Below, one piece after another: positions 1 to 8,614 of a DNA stretch of 64,000 bases (positions are counted from its first letter, which is position 1; the number at the start of each line of letters is the position of its first letter). Made by a program: the position numbers and the translations under genes. A model generated the notes under the pieces. That model ran no database searches. It saw only the letters and a program-made list of their open reading frames with translations, and was not told the DNA's origin. Origin of the DNA: a virus; IMG/VR virus record IMGVR_UViG_3300048580_000372, positions 9,801-73,800 of that record. The stretch is one strand, 5' to 3'.

Positions 1-68
1 TCTTCACCAGTGGTGATTTTCATTGTAACGATATCATTAGCATCGATAGTTCTTTTTTGTATTAGCAT
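1..68 (-). CDS. Partial small protein (MLIQKRTIDANDIVTMKITTGEE...), possibly Sm-like; runs off the window
   Basis: ATG at 68 with GAGGA SD; frame open to position 1. Confidence 0.6.
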   Translation of the reverse strand, partial: MLIQKRTIDANDIVTMKITTGE

Positions 69-162
69 GTTTTATCCTCTTTTAAAGTTCTGTATTTATT
101 TATATTGAAATTTTCTTCTTTGTATTATTATTTAGATTAAAAATTAACTCTATAGTTAATAA

Positions 163-187
163 AAAGGGTGGGATAAACCCACCCTTT
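163..187 (-). terminator. Intrinsic terminator after the dUTPase C-half
   Basis: AAAGGGTGGG-ATAAA-CCCACCCTTT perfect stem with T-run. Confidence 0.8.
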
Positions 188-479
188 ATTTTGTCCCTGT
201 GGAACCAAACCCACCTGAACCTCGTTTTGTCTCTGTAACTTCATTAGCCATAATAAAGTGTGCTTGGACAACAGGTGAAATAACACCTTGGGCAATTCTC
301 ATCCCACGTTCAACTGTGAATGTTTTTTGTGAAGTGTTATGAAGAATAACTTTTACCAAGCCACGATAATCACAATTATGCAGTATAGTATTTTCGATTA
401 TATAATTACTATTGTTTTCAACAGTCAAATCATATACTGGCATTTTACCCAACGATGTTATATTTTTAATTTTTTTCAT
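186..479 (-). CDS. dut: Split-intein C fragment (35 aa) fused to dUTPase C-terminal half
   Basis: Intein block F VYDLTV and block G ILHN/C, then dUTPase motifs CDYRG, RIAQG and RGSGGFGSTG. Confidence 0.93.
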   Translation of the reverse strand: MKKIKNITSLGKMPVYDLTVENNSNYIIENTILHNCDYRGLVKVILHNTSQKTFTVERGMRIAQGVISPVVQAHFIMANEVTETKRGSGGFGSTGTK

Positions 480-1366
480 TATTTTTTCTCCAAAAATGTT
501 AATATTTCTTTTTTCAATTCATCTCGTTTTTCTTTCCAATCATGTTCCCATATTATTAAAACATCATAACCTTTTGATTTCAAAAAAGTCAATCTATTTT
601 CATCATCTTGCCATTTTTGTTCTGCTGTTATACCCAAACTTTCATTGATTTCTAAAGGTTCAAATAATGTTGGAGAACAATGCCAATAACTACCATAAAA
701 TTCTATAATCTTATTATCGACTGTAATATCTGGTATATAAAAATTATTATTATCATTGTAAGTTATAGTATTATGCTGAATCGGTTCAAATGATTTTTCC
801 ACCAAAAAAGAAATTATTTCTTTTTCGCCATTGGATACTTGTGTTACTTTAAATTTAGCACACTGTTCAGAACAATATTTTCTTTTAGCCCATTTTGGGG
901 CAACAAAGTCTTTTTTACAAGTTGGACAATTTAAATGATCTCTTCTTGATTCATCATGACATTCTACCGAACAAAAACGAACCCCTTCTTTTTCTCTATA
1001 ACGGTGTGTTAAAAATTCCTTTTTACAATGTTCACACACTTTTAAAACCATAGTAGATTCTGGAATTTTATATAAAACACCTTGATTATTTTTATTGTAT
1101 TCACCATAACATTTACTCGAACAGAATTTTTGTTTCTCCATTTGGATACTACAACCTTTTCTATCCCGTATATCATAAATTTGGTTACAATTTAAACATA
1201 CTTTTTTTCTATCTTTTCTCAATGGGTTTTTATCTGATGCCAACCATTTGGACATACAATCAATATTACAAAAACGATGCTTTGTCCTTTCAAGTCTACA
1301 TTTAGTTGTTGTTATTATATTTTGACAATAATCACAATTTATTTCAATATTATGTTTTTTACACAT
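479..1366 (-). CDS. Free-standing Vsr-like (EDxHD-type) homing endonuclease with repeated zinc ribbons
   Basis: Several CxxC...FCSxxC repeats; C-terminal PDI...IEFYGSYWH...D..R...GYDVLIIWE; lies between the split dUTPase halves; ATG 1366 with GAGGT SD. Confidence 0.85.
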   Translation of the reverse strand: MCKKHNIEINCDYCQNIITTTKCRLERTKHRFCNIDCMSKWLASDKNPLRKDRKKVCLNCNQIYDIRDRKGCSIQMEKQKFCSSKCYGEYNKNNQGVLYKIPESTMVLKVCEHCKKEFLTHRYREKEGVRFCSVECHDESRRDHLNCPTCKKDFVAPKWAKRKYCSEQCAKFKVTQVSNGEKEIISFLVEKSFEPIQHNTITYNDNNNFYIPDITVDNKIIEFYGSYWHCSPTLFEPLEINESLGITAEQKWQDDENRLTFLKSKGYDVLIIWEHDWKEKRDELKKEILTFLEKK

Positions 1367-1376
1367 ACTCAATACC

Positions 1377-1916
1377 TCAAATAATATTATCCTTTTCTGT
1401 TAATTCATTGGCTTGTTTCCAACCATTTTCTGTTAAAATTAATTGTGTATCTGTACAAACAATTTCGGTGCCATCATCAAATTCAATTTTAACAACCTCC
1501 TTTTCCCCAACTTCCCAAATTTTTAAAACTTCATCTCGTTCATATTCTTTAGTGTTGGTATTATAAGATAAAATTGTTGTTTTATTTTCAATAAAATCTT
1601 CAATTGTTTTATCACCTTCTACAGTTTTAATTTTCATAAATGATGGCACACAATCAACAGTACCTGGCGAATTTAAAACTGTTATCCCATTTTTAGCAGC
1701 CAAACCAGAACGAGGACGAACTTGGAGTTCAAACCCTTCTGGAATTTCAAAAATCAATCCAGTATTGATTAATTCTGTACAACCTGGATTAATAATAATA
1801 TCATCTGTAATTGCAGCACGAAAATCAAAACCTGCAGCACCAGAAGTTTCATACTGTGGTAGTTCCAAACCATCAAAATCATCAGTTGGAATTATATTAA
1901 CATTCACTTTATTCAT
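1377..1916 (-). CDS. dut: dUTPase N-terminal half (88 aa) fused to split-intein N fragment (91 aa)
   Basis: dUTPase motifs AAGFD, RPRSGLA and PGTVD, then intein Cys1 ([10 protein letters not shown]...[12 protein letters not shown]). Confidence 0.93.
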   Translation of the reverse strand: MNKVNVNIIPTDDFDGLELPQYETSGAAGFDFRAAITDDIIINPGCTELINTGLIFEIPEGFELQVRPRSGLAAKNGITVLNSPGTVDCVPSFMKIKTVEGDKTIEDFIENKTTILSYNTNTKEYERDEVLKIWEVGEKEVVKIEFDDGTEIVCTDTQLILTENGWKQANELTEKDNII

Positions 1917-1953
1917 TGTAGTTCTCCTTTTTAAATTATTTTATACTATAACA

Positions 1954-2133
1954 TTAATACTTTCTTCTATTCAATAAATTAATATTTTTCTGAATTTTTT
2001 CTACCATCAATAATCCATCGAGCCATTCTGAATAAATAAAATCAATAGTGTCAGATTTTTTCTGATTAATAATCATTTGTTTTTCCAAATCTTCTTTTAA
2101 TATTTTGATCATATCTTGTTTGTAATTTGACAT
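1954..2133 (-). CDS. Hypothetical protein
   Basis: ORF with GGAGG SD before MSNYK. Confidence 0.55.
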   Translation of the reverse strand: MSNYKQDMIKILKEDLEKQMIINQKKSDTIDFIYSEWLDGLLMVEKIQKNINLLNRRKY

Positions 2134-2163
2134 TTTAATGCCCTCCATATATAAATATAATTG

Positions 2164-2238
2164 TATAAGAAAGAAAAAGTGGATACCTCCATTTTCACTG
2201 GAACAAAGTGGTGATAGACTTTGTTCCTCTTTCTTATA
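2164..2238. other. Intergenic three-way-junction structured element
   Basis: 11-bp closing stem 2164-2174/2228-2238 enclosing two hairpins, one a perfect 10-bp GGAACAAAGT/ACTTTGTTCC stem. Confidence 0.55.
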
Positions 2239-2270
2239 TACTTATTTATCTAAATGGCGAAAAAAGTGCC

Positions 2271-2528
2271 TCAAATAGATAAAAAAATCGTCTTTTTTAA
2301 TCTATATTTTTCCTTGTTTTTCTTGCTGATTTCTTCTTTATGGATTTCTTTATAATTTTTTGACGCCTGATTTATGGATTCAATGTTCCGAATAGACGAT
2401 TCTTTTTGGCATTCCAAACAAGCACCACTGGAAGTATATCTATCTGATAAGTGCCCATTTCGACAAGGCTTACCTGTATTATACTTGTCCAGTCCCTGTG
2501 CCTTCGCTTCTCTTCTTTTCATCTTCAT
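2271..2528 (-). CDS. Small zinc-binding protein resembling the N-terminal module of phage HNH endonucleases, with no nuclease domain
   Basis: KYNTGKPCRNGH...RYTSSGACLEC motif. Confidence 0.55.
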   Translation of the reverse strand: MKMKRREAKAQGLDKYNTGKPCRNGHLSDRYTSSGACLECQKESSIRNIESINQASKNYKEIHKEEISKKNKEKYRLKKTIFLSI

Positions 2529-2685
2529 CCTTTTTCTTTTTGGAAATATCAGCCAATTTCTTTTCTTTAGATATTTCTGCTTTGCGGTCTTTATCCAATT
2601 TTTCTTGCCTGTTTTTAACCAATTGTTTTTTGGACAACTTTATCTGTTGTTCTGTGTCTTCATTGACTATTTCATGCCATCTCAT
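2479..2685 (-). CDS. Small basic protein with leader MRWHEIVNE (putative internal head protein)
   Basis: Leader matches the window-wide N-terminal tag. Confidence 0.5.
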   Translation of the reverse strand: MRWHEIVNEDTEQQIKLSKKQLVKNRQEKLDKDRKAEISKEKKLADISKKKKDEDEKKRSEGTGTGQV

Positions 2686-2722
2686 AATTTGATACCTCTT
2701 ATAATACAATTGTATTTAGCAT

Positions 2723-3292
2723 TTATCGAATGATTCTAAATCCCAAGCTATTTTCAATTGGCGATTTTTGTTGTGGTTCTTCTTCTGAAGTAGTCAATCT
2801 GTGTTTTTGATTTAAATACTTTTGATTATAATCATAATATTCACTATTGTTCATTGTACCTATATAGTTGCATGAATCCAATAAATTTCTTAATGATTGT
2901 TCATTTTTTACTCTAAATCTGTGGGAACCAACCATTATTTCTGTTCCCCAAACAATAAAAGTGGTCTTGTCTTCAATAACGAAATTCAATTTAGTCAACC
3001 CTTTTACCGTCATATCATTTCCACAATATTCATACACTGTGCCTGTTTGTTGGGGGACTGTTGTATTGGTAACTGTATAATCCAATGGACTGACAATTTG
3101 ATCTTCTTTTTCTTGGGACCACACAAAATTATTTTTCTTCAAATTCAAAAAATGTTCTCTTATCCACTTTGGTGCATCAAAGTTTTCTATTTCTTTAATT
3201 GTCTTGTGTTCCAATCTTGTAAAGAATAAATATTGTTCTGGTTTTTTCTTTAAACAACTTATAAAATATTGCCCAGACTTTGTATCCCTCAT
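2723..3292 (-). CDS. Hypothetical protein
   Basis: 189-aa ORF coupled to the upstream ORF. Confidence 0.7.
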   Translation of the reverse strand: MRDTKSGQYFISCLKKKPEQYLFFTRLEHKTIKEIENFDAPKWIREHFLNLKKNNFVWSQEKEDQIVSPLDYTVTNTTVPQQTGTVYEYCGNDMTVKGLTKLNFVIEDKTTFIVWGTEIMVGSHRFRVKNEQSLRNLLDSCNYIGTMNNSEYYDYNQKYLNQKHRLTTSEEEPQQKSPIENSLGFRIIR

Positions 3293-3756
3293 TTGATTTT
3301 GAATCCTTTTTTATTTTTGACAAAAATATCCTTTACAATATACAATTCATTTGCTGATTCTTTATTTAAATCAATAATTTCATTTCTTGAATAATTCATT
3401 AACCATCTATTATCAACTATTAATACCATGAAGATTTCTTGTTCGGTTAATGTTTGTACTAATTTTAACTGTAGATTACCATCATTCCATTTTTTATCAT
3501 TTGATAAAACAAGGGTCCAGTACATCATTAACGCCAAGGTGGATTTTGAATAAGTATCTTCTTCAATGATTTCCCAAGGAGTCCGCCATGTTTCTGGTTT
3601 TTCGTAATCCAAGCACCACATAATTAATCCAACTTTTTCCCAAAATTGTTGAACCGATAATAGGGTATTTTGATTGTTGTCTTTATCCGCTATTTCTTCA
3701 CGGAATTCTTTCCACCGATGGCGTTTGTCGTGCCCACTTAATAAATTAAAATTCAT
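3289..3756 (-). CDS. Hypothetical protein (WRTPWE motif, possibly degenerate transglutaminase-like)
   Basis: 155-aa ORF, AAGGA SD, TATAAATA upstream at 3791-3798. Confidence 0.65.
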   Translation of the reverse strand: MNFNLLSGHDKRHRWKEFREEIADKDNNQNTLLSVQQFWEKVGLIMWCLDYEKPETWRTPWEIIEEDTYSKSTLALMMYWTLVLSNDKKWNDGNLQLKLVQTLTEQEIFMVLIVDNRWLMNYSRNEIIDLNKESANELYIVKDIFVKNKKGFKIK

Positions 3757-3836
3757 AATTGTTTTCCTTTCTTATATGAATATTATCATCTATTTATAGG
3801 TATTAAATCAATATTAAATATTTTTTATTTAAAATA

Positions 3837-4493
3837 TTATCCAAATGGGTCGATGATAACTGGAACATTATCATTTCTAATCATAATATTTTGTTCATGA
3901 AGATCAAACTGAAACTGTCCAACATTTTTTTCAACAATAGTTAATGCTTTTTTAAAATCTGGATATTGTTGTTCAAATTCTAACGATTTATTTTTAATAA
4001 TTTTATTAAATTCTCGTTCATTATAATTTTTTTTGATTTTATCTCTCCAATCCAATAAAATGAATCTCCAACATAAACCACCACCATGTTTGGTAGTCCA
4101 ATTGGTAATCATCCAAGATGCAATTTGTATTTCCAAATCTTTATTGGTTTTCAATGGTTGAAGTTTTTCCATATAACTAATGAAATATTCTTTGCCACAC
4201 AGATCATATTTAATAATTCTTGAAACTTTTAAAAAATGTTGATTATTATAGTTGGTACATAATTCGGCATAATGCAACCAACTAACATCAGTTTTTAACG
4301 CAATTTTTAAAACAGAATTCATACCCGATTTATTATAAACTCTTGAATAGTACCCTTTCCCAATTAATTTATATCCTTTATTTTTTAAAAAAGAATCAAT
4401 AAAATTTTGTTTTTTATTTATATTACTATCAACAGAACACAATCCTTTCTCTAATGATAAATTATTTGGGTATTTTAATTCATTAATTATCAT
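3837..4493 (-). CDS. Protein-kinase-like enzyme
   Basis: Gly-loop IGKGYYSRVY, VLKIA lysine, DLHEQNIM catalytic loop, VIIDP. Confidence 0.8.
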   Translation of the reverse strand: MIINELKYPNNLSLEKGLCSVDSNINKKQNFIDSFLKNKGYKLIGKGYYSRVYNKSGMNSVLKIALKTDVSWLHYAELCTNYNNQHFLKVSRIIKYDLCGKEYFISYMEKLQPLKTNKDLEIQIASWMITNWTTKHGGGLCWRFILLDWRDKIKKNYNEREFNKIIKNKSLEFEQQYPDFKKALTIVEKNVGQFQFDLHEQNIMIRNDNVPVIIDPFG

Positions 4494-4502
4494 ATTAATT
4501 CC

Positions 4503-6611
4503 TTACTGTGTTGTGCCATCCCAATAACTGGTTGTATACTTGAATATACCTGTACCAGGATTCGGCAAATCGCTTGATTTATATTGCAACTTCACAGTAT
4601 TACCAGATGCATCATATTGTACATTAAATAACACACCAGTTCCATATGGATATGGTATCAAGGATGTATCAGGTCCAGTTTCAACGAAATCATCTGTCCA
4701 GTTTGTACCATCTTGATGTCCGGTCGTGATAATCTTCAAAGTGCCCATTCTAAATCTTGTGGCACCAGATGCTGAATCACTTCTCCATACACTATAATCC
4801 AATATAATGCAATTTTGTACACCTGTGTTAAATGATATGGCTGGAACAAAGTCAGTCCAAACACTTCTATTGTTTTGAATGGTTATACCAGCGGAAGTAC
4901 TTAATGCAGCACCAGAACCATTAAATGCAGAACTTGATGATGAATATGCACCATCATAAGCATTAATGATAACATTCAAATCCCCAGCAGTGTGTGTCAC
5001 ACGCAATAATGGTAAATTACCTTCATAACTGAATATGTCGGAAATACTTGTGCAACCACTAACTTTCTTATCAAAGAATATAGCTGGAACATTTGGTGTT
5101 GGTGGTGTTACAGGTGGTAATCCACCAGTTAATGGATTAGCAAATCCAATATTTTCAAAAGTATTGAATGAACTCACATGTCCATAATATATAACATTAC
5201 CATCATCATTTGGTTCACTTCTACTAATATAGATAGCACTGTCTTTGATATTACCAAAACGATTGTGTGTCATTTTGAAATTTTTTGGTCCTTCATTATA
5301 TGCACTTGATGAAGTGTTATAATCTAATGGTGTCAAATTTGAATTCATCGTCAATGGGCTTTGGTTCAAATTAACAGCACGATAAAGAGTATCAAATTTA
5401 CAAGACATTATTATAACTTCATTAACGTTATCTGTGACATTGAATGCATAAGTGGAGTTTTTAAACACACAGCCTGTGAATGAAAAATTTTCAGATCTGG
5501 CAACATTACCTGTTGCATAACTATCAATCAACACCCCAATAGTATCCCTTCTTGGAATATATTTTTCACCATTAGTCAATTTATGGTATTCTGGTGGATC
5601 TGTGGTAATCATATTGGAACGTTGCCAAGAACGGAAATGAGCAGGTTTTCCATTCCATTGTAGTCTAACAGTTGGGTCTAAATTGGATGCACCATTGACA
5701 AAATTATCATAAGCAGTATAGGCTGCATTTGTCCAGTTGGCTTCAAATGAACAATTGGTAACATCAACGTTGGCAGAATAAATCAACTTCAATACCGCGA
5801 AATCTTCTTGTGGAGATTGACGCAACATATCATTTTGTTCAAACCCCAAATAAACAAAGGTAATACCATACAGGGAAAGATTTTCAATTCTAACAGAGGT
5901 AGAAGTGATATTACTAAAAAGAACTTCTAATTCTGGAACATCATAATTGTGCCCAGCAGCTAAAACTTTTTCCCAATCCCATTCATCAACATCAGATATA
6001 CTCATAGCCGGAATGGTTCTTGCGACTGTGTAACAGTTTGGATCAGTCATAAAAATAACTGTCTTGTTGATACCATCACCAATCCATGTTGAATTTGGTG
6101 GAATAATTAATGGGCGGGATATTTTATAAAATCCAGCTGGAAAATATAATGCACGTTTTTCCGGTACACCAGGACGAGTAACATCAACTGCAGCTTTACG
6201 AATAGCAGTTGTATCGTCAACCCCAATGGTAGTCACAGGATCATAATTACCAACAGCACCATATGATTTGATTGAAACACTTTCGTCCAATTTTTCTTGT
6301 AAGAATTGATAATAATCCGAATTACCACGATTAGATAATGGTGTTGGAAATTCTGGGTTTTGGGTATCACGATAGTTATAATTATAACGTGTCAATGCAG
6401 CGACAGGTGTTAACTCAGTCAATACTTCAACGTTGTGTGGATCAGATTTGGTTCTTGGGGCAGAAATGTTGTTGTCATAATTTGGTGAACCAACGAATAA
6501 ACGAGCACTATCTGTGGTGAAACCCATCTCACCTTCTTGAAGAAGAACTTTGTTAATGTTTTCATCTAAACCTCTTCTTAACTTTATTCTACTAATTTGT
6601 GTTACAGCCAT
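4503..6611 (-). CDS. Virion/baseplate-tailspike protein with pectate-lyase-like beta-helix
   Basis: N-terminal RIKLRRG...LQEGEMGFTTDSARLFVG anchor; SIKSYGAVG...DDTTAIRKA...LYFPAGFYKIS signature; late promoter upstream. Confidence 0.8.
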   Translation of the reverse strand: MAVTQISRIKLRRGLDENINKVLLQEGEMGFTTDSARLFVGSPNYDNNISAPRTKSDPHNVEVLTELTPVAALTRYNYNYRDTQNPEFPTPLSNRGNSDYYQFLQEKLDESVSIKSYGAVGNYDPVTTIGVDDTTAIRKAAVDVTRPGVPEKRALYFPAGFYKISRPLIIPPNSTWIGDGINKTVIFMTDPNCYTVARTIPAMSISDVDEWDWEKVLAAGHNYDVPELEVLFSNITSTSVRIENLSLYGITFVYLGFEQNDMLRQSPQEDFAVLKLIYSANVDVTNCSFEANWTNAAYTAYDNFVNGASNLDPTVRLQWNGKPAHFRSWQRSNMITTDPPEYHKLTNGEKYIPRRDTIGVLIDSYATGNVARSENFSFTGCVFKNSTYAFNVTDNVNEVIIMSCKFDTLYRAVNLNQSPLTMNSNLTPLDYNTSSSAYNEGPKNFKMTHNRFGNIKDSAIYISRSEPNDDGNVIYYGHVSSFNTFENIGFANPLTGGLPPVTPPTPNVPAIFFDKKVSGCTSISDIFSYEGNLPLLRVTHTAGDLNVIINAYDGAYSSSSSAFNGSGAALSTSAGITIQNNRSVWTDFVPAISFNTGVQNCIILDYSVWRSDSASGATRFRMGTLKIITTGHQDGTNWTDDFVETGPDTSLIPYPYGTGVLFNVQYDASGNTVKLQYKSSDLPNPGTGIFKYTTSYWDGTTQ

Positions 6612-6708
6612 GAAAAAACTCCATTATGAAATATATAATGTTATTTATCTTTTTTATAGATTTTTTGATTATTAAATGATACAGTGGAAAATAAAAAAGG
6701 AGGAAAAC

Positions 6709-6891
6709 ATGGAAATTTCTAAACTCATACAACAATTAACCACAATTAAAGAAATGTATGGCGATCTTCCAATTGGGGATGGCGAAGAACAATCTGCAGT
6801 TAACATCAGGATAGTTGGTAGATCAGGACGAGATGTTGGATTTGGTGATTTTTCAGAAAAACCAGAAATGGTCTATTTAAAAATTTGGTAA
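6709..6891 (+). CDS. Hypothetical protein
   Basis: GGAGG SD before MEISK. Confidence 0.6.
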   Translation: MEISKLIQQLTTIKEMYGDLPIGDGEEQSAVNIRIVGRSGRDVGFGDFSEKPEMVYLKIW

Positions 6892-6930
6892 AATAAACGG
6901 TATTATAAACGGTATTATAAGGGGATTAAT

Positions 6931-7173
6931 ATGGCAACTAAACTACAAATAGTAAAAGAACAATTGGCTGAAATGAAAGTATCAGAGGAAAGCCTACGAG
7001 ATAAAATCCCAATGTTGAAAACATTATGGGAAAATATGCAGGCAATGAAACGTGAAATGAACGAAGCCAAACTCAAAGCATTGGCAGAAATTGAAGGTCC
7101 ATATTTGGAAACTTTAACAGAAGCAGAAAATAAATATGCATTCTATATGCAATTAACCAGAACTAAAGTATAA
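6931..7173 (+). CDS. Hypothetical coiled-coil protein
   Basis: ORF with SD. Confidence 0.65.
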   Translation: MATKLQIVKEQLAEMKVSEESLRDKIPMLKTLWENMQAMKREMNEAKLKALAEIEGPYLETLTEAENKYAFYMQLTRTKV

Positions 7174-7183
7174 GGAAACCATC

Positions 7184-8380
7184 ATGGCATTAAAAATATT
7201 CGATGAAGCATATATAGGATTACAAAAACGCCAAAAAAGCGTCAATGAAACAAAGGATTTATTACCACTTGGATTTATGGTCCCAAATGGTACAGATTCA
7301 GGTGCATTAAAAAGAAAAGCAACTGTTGATGATTGGGCGAATAGTAATTATTATGGGCAAAAAAATAATACCATCGAACCAATCATAATTCCAAATCTTC
7401 CAACATATGGTTTCAAATTTCATGGTGGAATTAGAACAAGTAGCCAAGGTGGGGAGACCCATTTTAGACTTGAAGACCCAAGAGGGTTTGAATTGGAAAT
7501 TAAAGCATCCAATGTTGCCTTTTTATTAACATTCACAACCTTTCATAATGGTGAAATTTTAGAAGAATGTGTGTGGATGCGTGATGGTTCATCAAATTGG
7601 TTAATCCCAATAAAGTCAGATGAATATAAAGAAGCATTAGCAATGCATTCTAAATTAACCACTGACAAAATATCATTCAAAGATGTTAAACCAGGATTTA
7701 AAGTAACACTTCACAATGGATTAATGGGGACATATTTGGGTTCACACTATCCAGTAACAAATAGTTCAAGATATTATGATGATAAAGAATTTATTAAATT
7801 TCCAGATAAAAAGCATTTTTTCTTATGTATGGAAAAAATTGATGGCATTGATAGAGAAGGGAAAACTCCCATAATTAGAACAGTAAGTTCACCAAAAGTA
7901 ATATCAATTGACGAACGCATTGAAAATTCAATACAAGATTGTGAAAATATTATCAACGAACATATTTACAACGATGGATATTTTGGTGGGGCAAAAATTG
8001 ATGGATATGGATGTTATGAATATACCAATGACATTATTTTTGTTTCAAATTCAAAAATATCATTCCAAGATATAAAGATGGATATTAGGACACTTAGCGA
8101 ATTCAAATCAACTAAAACACAACGATTAACTCGCTTATTATCATCTGGTAATGACACCTATTGGCAAAATGGTTCAAACATATTATTGATTGATAGAAAT
8201 AAATTATTAAAAAATGAATTATACACTTTAAATAAATTTAGCAATGAATCATATTATAAGAACAATTCTTATCGATATACTGGTGTTCAATATCTTGATA
8301 CATTTGATTTTGATAAACGTTGTTTGGTTATTAATATTAAATTGAAAAGTGGGAATGAATTAAAGGATCGCTTGATATGA
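7184..8380 (+). CDS. Hypothetical phage protein
   Basis: 398-aa ORF with AAGGA SD. Confidence 0.8.
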   Translation: MALKIFDEAYIGLQKRQKSVNETKDLLPLGFMVPNGTDSGALKRKATVDDWANSNYYGQKNNTIEPIIIPNLPTYGFKFHGGIRTSSQGGETHFRLEDPRGFELEIKASNVAFLLTFTTFHNGEILEECVWMRDGSSNWLIPIKSDEYKEALAMHSKLTTDKISFKDVKPGFKVTLHNGLMGTYLGSHYPVTNSSRYYDDKEFIKFPDKKHFFLCMEKIDGIDREGKTPIIRTVSSPKVISIDERIENSIQDCENIINEHIYNDGYFGGAKIDGYGCYEYTNDIIFVSNSKISFQDIKMDIRTLSEFKSTKTQRLTRLLSSGNDTYWQNGSNILLIDRNKLLKNELYTLNKFSNESYYKNNSYRYTGVQYLDTFDFDKRCLVINIKLKSGNELKDRLI

Positions 8381-8604
8381 TAAAAGTAATGGTCTATATG
8401 GTGATTAGTATATTTGGTGAAAAAGCTATCACTATAGGACCATTACCATATGATATGGAAACTTGCCAAGAAAATATCCATATGGCTTACAAACCATTTG
8501 ACGACGATTGGAAAGCTGGTAAAAAATTTATCGTCCAAGGTCGAGAAATTAAAAGAAAAGATATATCGGTTAAATGCATTGAAAAGAAAGAAGCTATAAT
8601 ATAG
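8377..8604 (+). CDS. Hypothetical protein
   Basis: ATGA overlap with the upstream ORF. Confidence 0.55.
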   Translation: MIKVMVYMVISIFGEKAITIGPLPYDMETCQENIHMAYKPFDDDWKAGKKFIVQGREIKRKDISVKCIEKKEAII

Positions 8605-8610
8605 CTTCTT
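8588..8610. terminator. Probable bidirectional terminator between convergent genes
   Basis: AAGAAGCTAT-AAT-ATAGCTTCTT. Confidence 0.55.
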
Positions 8611-8614
8611 AATT

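Noticed and set aside
479-1372. Group I intron interrupting dUTPase (and likewise UvsW)
   Set aside because: The flanking ORFs carry clear intein N and C blocks and abut the endonuclease gene, leaving no room for a ribozyme core
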